From the IMG/VR virus record IMGVR_UViG_3300038809_000041, positions 1 to 24,370 of that record: 24,370 nucleotides of DNA, one strand, 5' to 3'. Position 1 is the stretch's first letter; each line of letters opens with the position of its first letter. The position numbers and the translations under genes are program-made. The notes beneath the pieces were generated by a model that saw only the letters and a list, made by a program, of their open reading frames with translations, made no database searches and was not told the origin of the DNA. Positions 8,366 through 15,900 of the stretch are shown here, piece after piece. The stretch is from a virus. Its lineage: Duplodnaviria > Caudoviricetes.

Positions 8366-8581
8366 ATGGCTGTTGAAAAAGACAATCACATCGATCCGAA
8401 CGTCAAAGCGCGCTGGGGTTTTGGTGGCAGTGAAGGCAATATCACCGTAGGCCCCGAAACCGTGGGCGAAACTGGTGGTGTGGACTCCGCCCGCACCGAG
8501 TCGGAAGAAAGTGCTGCAACCAACAATGGCGGCGGCAAAAACACCGAAGCCGCCAAGGCTGGCAAATCCACCAAGGAATAA
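8366..8581 (+). CDS. Small Gly/Glu/Thr-rich hypothetical protein, 71 aa
   Basis: Strong AAGGAG RBS; sits between the capsid and head-tail adaptor genes. Confidence 0.75.
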   Translation: MAVEKDNHIDPNVKARWGFGGSEGNITVGPETVGETGGVDSARTESEESAATNNGGGKNTEAAKAGKSTKE

Positions 8582-8584
8582 CCC

Positions 8585-9088
8585 ATGGCTCTCATCATCG
8601 AGGACGGCACCGGCAAGCCTGACGCCGACAGCTACTCATCTGCCGCAGAACTGGTCAGCTACGCCACACGCTACGGTGTGACCATTCCAGCGGATGAGCC
8701 TGCGCAAGAGGCGTTGCTGCGCCGGGCCGCCTTGGCGATGGATGGCATGAAGTGGAAAGGATGCCGCAGCAATTCGGAGCAGGCTTTGGCGTGGCCCAGG
8801 AAGGGCGTAGTGATCGATCACGACACCAAAGCCTCCGACTACATTCCTGCTCGTATCCAGTACGGGCAGATGGCGCTTGCCGCCGAGATCTACAACGACG
8901 ACGTCAACCCGATCGATCAGCGCAAGGGCGCCGTGATCCTTGATCGCGTTGAAGGCGCCGTGACGCGCGAGTACGCGCCAATCAGCAACACCAGCGGCAA
9001 CCTGATGCCAGCGGCGCCGGATCGGCCCAGCCGTTCCCAGTTCGCCGACTACCTGCTCAAGCGAGGCCTTTTCGCGGTCCGCGCATAA
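8585..9088 (+). CDS. Head-tail adaptor (family often labelled DnaT-like)
   Basis: MALIIEDGTG.PDADSY and QALAWPR motifs; first neck gene. Confidence 0.75.
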   Translation: MALIIEDGTGKPDADSYSSAAELVSYATRYGVTIPADEPAQEALLRRAALAMDGMKWKGCRSNSEQALAWPRKGVVIDHDTKASDYIPARIQYGQMALAAEIYNDDVNPIDQRKGAVILDRVEGAVTREYAPISNTSGNLMPAAPDRPSRSQFADYLLKRGLFAVRA

Positions 9089-9103
9089 CTGACGGAGCCG
9101 CCC

Positions 9104-9472
9104 ATGGCCTTCTACGACGAGATGGCCGTGATGGCCTTGGACCTGATCACCGAGTTTGGTCAGCAGGTCACCATTCGCGACACAGTCAAAGGTACGTATG
9201 ACCCCGCGACCGGAAAGACCGGCCCGGATACGGTCACCGACCGACTCGCTCAGGGCATCCTGCTCGACTTCACCGGTCAGGAGTTCCAGACCAACACGCT
9301 GATCAAGGTCGGCGACAAGAAGCTGAAGATCGCGGCCAGAGGCCTGAGCGCGCCGCCGACACTGCTCAGCAAAGTGCTGGTGCAAGGGCGTACCTGGTCA
9401 ATCATCCCGCCTCTGAAAGAGATCAACCCGGCCGGAACTCCTCTGCTGTACGAACTGCAGGTGCGCTCATGA
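9104..9472 (+). CDS. Head closure / head-tail joining protein
   Basis: LITEFGQ.VT...YDPATG...IKVGDKKL...NPAGT.LLY.LQVR pattern and synteny. Confidence 0.7.
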   Translation: MAFYDEMAVMALDLITEFGQQVTIRDTVKGTYDPATGKTGPDTVTDRLAQGILLDFTGQEFQTNTLIKVGDKKLKIAARGLSAPPTLLSKVLVQGRTWSIIPPLKEINPAGTPLLYELQVRS

Positions 9473-9891
9473 GCAAATACGCCGGGCAACAGGGCAGCTT
9501 CGCGCTGCAGCTGGCACAGTTCGCCGAGCAGGCCAAGGAAGCGATTGATTCTACGCTGCGCGAAGTGGTGATCGAGATAGGAAACTCGGTCATCCGCATG
9601 TCGCCCGTCGACACAGGCCGGTTTCGCGGAAACTGGCAGTTCAGCATCGGGAGCCCGGCTGCCGGTACTCTCGATGTCGCTGACAAAGACGGCTCCGTTG
9701 CGATGGCTAGGATCGAGGGCGACTCTCTGCTGTTCAAGGCCGGTGAGACAGCCTATATCGTTAACAACCTTCCTTACGCAATCCCGCTCGAGTATGGACA
9801 CAGCGACCAGGCACCAGGCGGCATGGTTCGCGTCACGCTCGCCAGATTCCAGCAAATCATCGAAGAAGCCGTCAGGAACAACCAAATATGA
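9469..9891 (+). CDS. HK97 gp10-like tail completion protein
   Basis: SPVDTGRFRGNW, NNLPYA.PLEYGHS.QAP.GMVR motifs. Confidence 0.85.
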   Translation: MSKYAGQQGSFALQLAQFAEQAKEAIDSTLREVVIEIGNSVIRMSPVDTGRFRGNWQFSIGSPAAGTLDVADKDGSVAMARIEGDSLLFKAGETAYIVNNLPYAIPLEYGHSDQAPGGMVRVTLARFQQIIEEAVRNNQI

Positions 9892-10298
9892 GTCATCTGA
9901 ACGTACGCTTGGCCTTTCAGCAGCGCCTGGCTGTCTGGGCGACCGGTAAGGGGCTCCGCGTTGCGTATGAGGGTGTCGAGTTCGAGCCTACAGCCGATGA
10001 GACATACCTGCGCGCATTCGTCCTGCCAGCCTCTACGCAGACGCTCACGCTTGAAGGGGTTGACCGTGTCTATACAGGAATCTTCCAAGTCAGCGTCATC
10101 GCTCCTTCGGGCAGCGGAACGGGTGATGCGGAAGGCCTGGCCGATGAGCTGGATTCAGTATTCCCCGCATTCCTGCGCATCCAGCGCGGTGACCTTGAAG
10201 TCATAGTTCAGACGCCGATCGAGCAAGGTCCGGTCATTCAGGACTCCAACATGATGACGGTCCCTGCGTCATTCCAGTACCGCGCTGATCGCGACTGA
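9888..10298 (+). CDS. Tail terminator protein (DUF4128-like)
   Basis: YLRAFVLPA...GIFQVSVIAP.GSG motifs; lies after gp10-like and before the tail tube. Confidence 0.75.
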   Translation: MSHLNVRLAFQQRLAVWATGKGLRVAYEGVEFEPTADETYLRAFVLPASTQTLTLEGVDRVYTGIFQVSVIAPSGSGTGDAEGLADELDSVFPAFLRIQRGDLEVIVQTPIEQGPVIQDSNMMTVPASFQYRADRD

Positions 10299-10306
10299 GG
10301 TGACGA

Positions 10307-10759
10307 ATGCCGAAACAGATCCCGCTACCCAACGGCACAACCGTTTGGGTGAGCTCCGAGGTTGACCTTTCATCACAAACGGCGCCGGCCGTTGACTCCG
10401 ACAGTTGGGTTGAAGTGAAAAAGATCACCAGCCTTACCCAAGCCGGCGGAGAGGAAAGGTTCCTTGCCTATACGCCATTGGGTGAGTACGAGGACGTGCG
10501 CAAGCCCAACGGCCGCAACCCGATAGACGTGCAGATGTCATTCGAGGATGACCCTGGCTCCGCGCATCAGGTGCTGATTGCCGCAGGGCGCGACAACCGG
10601 CAGCCCCTTGGCTGGAAATACAAACTCCCGACCGGGGCCAGCATCGTCTACACCGGCTTCGCCAGCGGCGGCGCAATGCCCGTCATGGACCGCAACCAAC
10701 TGATGGTTATGAACTACATCATCGCCGTCAAAGGGACGCCTGCTCGCATCCCTGCCTGA
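10307..10759 (+). CDS. Tail tube protein paralogue (short form), 150 aa
   Basis: Aligns colinearly with 10829..11488 (LPNG, W..I.K/V.K.T...GG...FL, P..RNP, LP.G..I.Y.GF, RN.LM) but is 69 aa shorter. GAGG RBS. Confidence 0.75.
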   Translation: MPKQIPLPNGTTVWVSSEVDLSSQTAPAVDSDSWVEVKKITSLTQAGGEERFLAYTPLGEYEDVRKPNGRNPIDVQMSFEDDPGSAHQVLIAAGRDNRQPLGWKYKLPTGASIVYTGFASGGAMPVMDRNQLMVMNYIIAVKGTPARIPA

Positions 10760-10784
10760 TTCACCCACCCTGAAAAACCCCATC

Positions 10785-10806
10785 ACCCGCCATGAGCGGG
10801 TTTTCT
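10785..10806 (+). terminator. Intrinsic terminator-like hairpin between the two tail tube genes
   Basis: ACCCGC-catga-GCGGGT followed by TTTCT. Confidence 0.6.
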
Positions 10807-10828
10807 CGTTATCAAGAGGTAATACCCC

Positions 10829-11488
10829 ATGGCAAAGTCCATCGCGCTTCCCAACGGCGCAACCCTGGATCTGGCGATCGGTTTCGCTGCTCAGAAAATC
10901 ATCACTGCTATCAGCAACGCGAATCCTGCTGTTGCAACTGCTGCGGCTAACGGCCTGGCCGACGGAGACATCATCCTGCTGGAATCCAGTTGGGGCAAAC
11001 TCGATGGTCGCGCGGTGCGTGTGATCAATGCGGATATCGGTGAGTTCTCACTGGAGAACATCAGCACCATGAACACCGACTTCTTCACCGCTGGCGGCGG
11101 GGCTGGCGGCTTCCAGTCTGTTACAGGCTGGGTTGGCATCACCAAGGTCACCGGTGTTTCGCTGACTGGCGGCGATCAGCAATTCCTGACCGTTGGCTAC
11201 CTGGAAGATGATGACGACCGTCAGTACCCAACCAACCGCAACCCGATGAGCATGGCGATCACCGTGGAAGACCAGCCAGCCGCGCCATACGTCGTGGTGG
11301 CCGAAGGTTACACCGACAACAAGACGCAGACCATCATGCGCCTGAACCTGCCGAGCGGTGACAAGATCCTGTACCCAGGCTTCTGCACCATCACCGACAC
11401 CCCGACCTTGGAACGCAACGCGCTGATGACCCGCACCGTGAACTTCGCGCTGTCTGGCCGTCCTGTGCGCTACCTGAAAGCCGCTTAA
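10829..11488 (+). CDS. Major tail tube protein (Phage_tail_3-like), 219 aa
   Basis: LPNGAT...AISNANPAVAT...SSWGKL..R..RV...GGDQQF motifs; AGAGG RBS; precedes the chaperones. Confidence 0.85.
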   Translation: MAKSIALPNGATLDLAIGFAAQKIITAISNANPAVATAAANGLADGDIILLESSWGKLDGRAVRVINADIGEFSLENISTMNTDFFTAGGGAGGFQSVTGWVGITKVTGVSLTGGDQQFLTVGYLEDDDDRQYPTNRNPMSMAITVEDQPAAPYVVVAEGYTDNKTQTIMRLNLPSGDKILYPGFCTITDTPTLERNALMTRTVNFALSGRPVRYLKAA

Positions 11489-11498
11489 CAGCGGCTTT
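11477..11498 (+). other. Hairpin spanning the tail tube stop codon
   Basis: AAAGCCGC-ttaaca-GCGGCTTT perfect 8-bp stem. Confidence 0.55.
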
Positions 11499-11544
11499 AC
11501 CCCTCACTCCCTGAACCTCTATCCAAGCCTCTGGAGCCTGACCT

Positions 11545-11928
11545 GTGGCCAAAATTACCATCCAGCAAAAGCCGACTTTCACCACTGACGTTGAGATCCC
11601 GCGCATCGGCGAGAAGCCTGTCAAAGTGCCGTTCACCTTCGCCTATCTCGATCGGGACCAGCTTGCCGAGTTTGGCGACGGCGAGATCAGTCACGGCAAA
11701 GACCTGACTGAAGTCATCAAGAAGGGCGATGCCACCGTGCGTGACATCACCACCAAGGCGGCCGACTTCGAATTCAACCAGCTGAAGATGATCGTCAAGG
11801 GCTGGGGTTTTGACGATGAGCTGAACGACGACAATTTGCGTGCGTTGGTGCGCAGTGCTTCCGCGGTGCCCGATGCGATTCTCAACGCGTACAAAACCGC
11901 GTATCACAAGGCCCGCGAGGGAAACTGA
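11545..11928 (+). CDS. Tail assembly chaperone (gpG analogue)
   Basis: GTG start with GGAG RBS. PTF...V.IP..G, IVKGWGFDDE and AREGN* end; lies between the tube and TMP genes. Confidence 0.82.
   Translation: MAKITIQQKPTFTTDVEIPRIGEKPVKVPFTFAYLDRDQLAEFGDGEISHGKDLTEVIKKGDATVRDITTKAADFEFNQLKMIVKGWGFDDELNDDNLRALVRSASAVPDAILNAYKTAYHKAREGN
11919..11925 (+). promoter_or_regulatory. Programmed -1 ribosomal frameshift site G GGA AAC
   Basis: X XXY YYZ heptamer just before the TGA. The -1 frame (GGG AAA CTG ATC GAG...) stays open to 12242. Confidence 0.85.
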
Positions 11929-12242
11929 TCGAGGTTGCCCGCACGCTCTACACGCCATCTGTATCCGCCGAGCAGGCCGCATTGTTCGGCCTGAAGCTTG
12001 AGGATATGCAGGAAGAGGTAGAGCTGTGGGCGACCAACGTCCAGTCGTTCACCGTGTTCGAGGCCATGGGCACGCAGTGGCGTATGGGCATGGGCGGAGC
12101 TACCGGTCTGGACTATCAGGCCCTGCCAGTGGTTCTGGACATGGCCGGGCTACGCAAGCGCAAGGACCGCGCAGCGATATTCGCCGACCTGCGGATCATG
12201 GAGCGCGAGGCGTTGCGAGCCATGGAGGATAACCGGGAGTGA
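11919..12242 (+). CDS. Frameshifted chaperone extension (gpGT analogue, DUF1799-like)
   Basis: F.AMGTQWR.G.GGATGLDY and DLRIMEREAL motifs. The ORF called at 11982 is in the same frame as the slippery-site -1 frame. Confidence 0.82.
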   Translation, partial: GKLIEVARTLYTPSVSAEQAALFGLKLEDMQEEVELWATNVQSFTVFEAMGTQWRMGMGGATGLDYQALPVVLDMAGLRKRKDRAAIFADLRIMEREALRAMEDNRE

Positions 12243-12261
12243 TGCACTGGCCACCCCTGGG

Positions 12262-12270
12262 TGATAGATT
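12262..12270 (+). promoter_or_regulatory. Possible extended -10 promoter of the lipoprotein moron
   Basis: TGa-TAGATT at 12262-12270, upstream of GGAGG (12286-12290). Confidence 0.4.
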
Positions 12271-12296
12271 GCTGCCATCACTCAGGGAGGTTGGCA

Positions 12297-12908
12297 ATGA
12301 TAAGTAGTTATGCGTCCGCTCGAACAGTAATGGCCGCGCTGGCTTGCGTATGCCTCGCAGCAAGTCTGCAGGGGTGTCTTGACAAGGAGGTAAAAAACGA
12401 CAAATTGGCTGAAGCCAACGCAAACATAAAGGCGGTCAAGGTCCAGAATAACTCACCAGACAATGCTGTGAAGTCATGGTGGCTTATAAAAGATGCTGGA
12501 ATGTCGCTTGGGCAGGAGCAATGCAAACAGTATGTCTCCGATCAGGCTGATTACTCTGAAAAGCTAAAGTCAGTCAGTGACATGCCTGCGCAGCCAAGAG
12601 AGTGCCTTACAGAAAGCTTCGAGCGAAGCATCGTCAAAGTAGACGTAGAGTCAGAAACTAGGGCGCTTGTATATGCGAGGATAGTTAATACGACTCCTCC
12701 GGAGCCAGGCTCTGTGCCTACGGATGCAGATGCACAGCGCAAAAAACAAGGTGACAAATACCGCTACACGCTTGGCAGGTCTGACAAGTCTGCAGGATGG
12801 GTTATCACCCTAGTAGAAAACTTCCCATCGTGGGAGAGGGATTGGACTAACGTAAACCCCAAGCAAAGCCCATCGACCCATAGCTACATACACGCTCCAT
12901 ACCAGTAA
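12297..12908 (+). CDS. Moron-encoded lipoprotein, about 203 aa
   Basis: GGAGG RBS then ATG 12297. Hydrophobic signal ending in lipobox LQG-C. More AT-rich than its neighbours and has its own terminator. Confidence 0.75.
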   Translation: MISSYASARTVMAALACVCLAASLQGCLDKEVKNDKLAEANANIKAVKVQNNSPDNAVKSWWLIKDAGMSLGQEQCKQYVSDQADYSEKLKSVSDMPAQPRECLTESFERSIVKVDVESETRALVYARIVNTTPPEPGSVPTDADAQRKKQGDKYRYTLGRSDKSAGWVITLVENFPSWERDWTNVNPKQSPSTHSYIHAPYQ

Positions 12909-12926
12909 GCCAATATCACTTTCAAG

Positions 12927-12949
12927 AACCCGCTTCGGCGGGTTTTTTT
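12927..12949 (+). terminator. Strong intrinsic terminator after the moron
   Basis: AACCCGC-TTCG-GCGGGTT followed by TTTTT. Confidence 0.9.
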
Positions 12950-12966
12950 ATGCCCGGAAGAAACCT

Positions 12967-15900
12967 ATGACGACGATTGCCCAGCTCGGATTTGAAATCA
13001 ATTCGCAGCCGGCGGCGCAGGCTGCTGACGATCTGGACAAGCTCGTTGATAGCGGAAAGGGCGCTGAAGACTCTGCCAAGCGCGTCGAAAGCGCATGGCA
13101 GAAGGCAGTGTCTGGCATCTCCAGCGACACCAGCCAGATCGTCAAAGAACTGCAGCAGCTGAACGCCCGCCAGGACGCGACAGCGCAAGCAATGCTGAAG
13201 CTCGCTCAGGCAGCAAGCCAGACAGGCACGGCCCTCTCCGGAACAGTTGCGGCTGCGGAGAAGGTTTCGGCGGCTGAAACCAAGGTGGCAGAGAGCGCAG
13301 AGCAGGCGAAAGCCAGAATGCTGGCCCTCGCCACGGCCGCTGTAGAGGCAAGTAAGGGGCAGCAGCAGCTTTCCGGCGCCTATGACACCACGACTGCTGC
13401 TGCAGGCGCTTTAGCCAGGCAGCAACTTGACCAGATTGCTAACCAGAATAGGGTTGCACGGCTTGCAGCGGAATCGGCTGCTGCACAGGAAAAATCCGCC
13501 AGTTCAACGCAGAAAGCATCGGCAGCAACAGCAGAAGATGCGAACGCCCTAGCCAAACTGATAGGCCAAATCGACCCAACGGTAGCCGCCCTTAAAAAGC
13601 TCGACGCTCAGCAAGATTTGCTGTCTAAGTCCAAAGAGCTGGGTTTGCTGTCCAAGACTGATTTCGAAAAGTACTCAACAGGGATTGATCGAGCGCGGGA
13701 AGGGCTGACCAAATTTGATGACGGAATAAAGAAGACAGGTGTGTCATCCGCCCAAACCCAGGCAGCGCTACGCCAGTTGCCTGCGCAATTCTCTGACATC
13801 TTCACTAGCCTCGCAGGGGGGCAGAACCCTCTGCTGGTTCTGATTCAGCAGGGCGGACAGATCAAGGATTCGTTCGGTGGTGTGGGGCCAACCCTTGACG
13901 CGCTTGGCGGCAAGCTTCGGAGTTTCTTCGGCCTGTCAGACAGCGCGGCTTCGCTAACCGGCTCGCTGAAGGACATTGGTGTAGGCGCCAAAGCTGCCGC
14001 GGATGGCGCGGACGCAGCAGGTGAAAGTCTTGGTGGCATGGCTGAAGGGGCAAACACCGCGGCAGAGGCATCCAAGAACGCTAAGGAAGCCGCCGGAGCC
14101 TTAGGCCTTACTGGTGCGCCTGTTTCTGTAGGGCTTGGATTGATTGTTGGGGCATCAGTAGCGGCCGCTGCCGCTGTGGCAGCGCTTGTTGTTGCTTACA
14201 AGCAGGGCAGCGATGAGGCTTCGGCATATACCAAAGCGCTCATATTGACCGGGAACACGGCTGGCACATCAGCAGATGAGCTTGCATCAATCGCGAAATC
14301 AGTAAGTGCCGTGAACGGCACAGTACATGAGGCAGCTGCCACACTGGCTTTGTTGGCAGCCTCCACGAAGATACCTGTCGATTCTTTCCAATTGATCGCT
14401 ACTGCCGCTGCGAACATGGAAGATGCGACTGGTAAGGCCGCAAGCGACACGGTAGCAGAGTTTTCGAAGATTGCTGACGACCCTGTAGCAGCAATCCTTA
14501 AACTCAATGAGTCCATGAATTTCCTTACGGCCACGACCTACAGCCAGATTAAATCCCTGCAACAGCAAGGGGAAACTGTACAGGCTGCAACTCTTGCAAC
14601 CAACACTTACGCCGAGGCAATAAACAGCCGATCCGGGAAAATCGCAGATAATCTCGGGCTGATCGAGAAAGCATGGAAGAACCTGGGCGACGCTGCAAAA
14701 ATCGCTTGGGATACTGCTCTAGGTGTTGGGCGAAAAGATCCAGCAGGGCCAGACTTGGGGGCACTGCAGAAGGAGCTTGCTTACAAGAGCAGCTTGTTGG
14801 GTACTGGCTATGAGGATGACACCACCAAAGATCGCATAGCTTATCTGCAAAAAGAAATAGCTGTAATCCAGAAGCGCACAGAGGCAGAGCAGGCCTCGGT
14901 ACGAGCTGAAGGGGATATGAGGCAGGCCCAGCAGCAATCCGTCGCAGATCAGGTCAAACTTGATAAGTTACGGGATGAAACTGCCTCGCAAGCGCTCAAG
15001 AGATCCAAGGAGCTTGCTGAGTATCAGGCGCTCGTTCAGCGCAGACAGGTTGAGGCTGAAAAATTAGGCAACAAGGACTTGATCGTCTCTGCCGAGCAAC
15101 AGGCTAAAGATATCGCTGCGATCAAGGATAAGTACAAGGACGCAAAGGTCTCAGCGCCTGCTGTTGATCTGACCGGCTTCAGTAATGCAGAGAACGCACT
15201 GAAGTCTCTGGAGGCAACCTACCAGAATTCCGTACGGATTCTGGACGAGTCGCTCAAGTACGGTCTGGTGACCCAAGAGCAGTACACGCTTCAAAAGTCC
15301 GCGCTGATCGATAAAGAAAAGACGGATGTTGAGGCGGCTTACGGCGCAGAAATTACAGCTCTTGAGGCGGTTCGTGACAAATCCACAACGACCGGTGCAC
15401 AGCGTATTGGCATCGATCAAAAGATTGCCGATGCCCGTCAAAAGCAAACTGATGCACTGAAAAAGCTAGATGCTGACCAGGACGTTCTTTCGAAGCAAAC
15501 CAAGGGTCGTCTCGAACAGGAGGAGGCCGCATACAAAGCGTTCGCTCAGACCGTCAGCGACAGCCTAGCTCTGGCTCAGCGCGGGTTGGACCAGCAGCTC
15601 GCTGGGTTTGGTTTGGGTGAGCTCGCTCGTCAGCAATTGCAGCAAGATCTCCAGATTCGCGAGGACTACCAGCGCAAACTGGAGCAGCTGACTCGCGATT
15701 ATCAGAAGATCGTCAACCCAACCGAAGGCCAGACGTCCAACTTCGAACGGGAGACTCAACTGCTTCAGAGCGCACTGGACGAGCGCCTTGCTAAGCAGCA
15801 GAAGTATTACCAGGACGAGGCCACACTTCGCTCCGACTGGATGAATGGTGCATCCCGTGCGTTCGCCAACTACATCGACGAAACCAAGGATGTTGCCGGG

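Noticed and set aside
8290-8366. Capsid read-through or frameshift into the 71-aa ORF
   Set aside because: No slippery heptamer at the capsid end, and the downstream ORF has its own strong RBS.
12261-12296. GTG start at 12261 for the lipoprotein
   Set aside because: GGAGG precedes ATG 12297, which gives a more normal signal peptide length.
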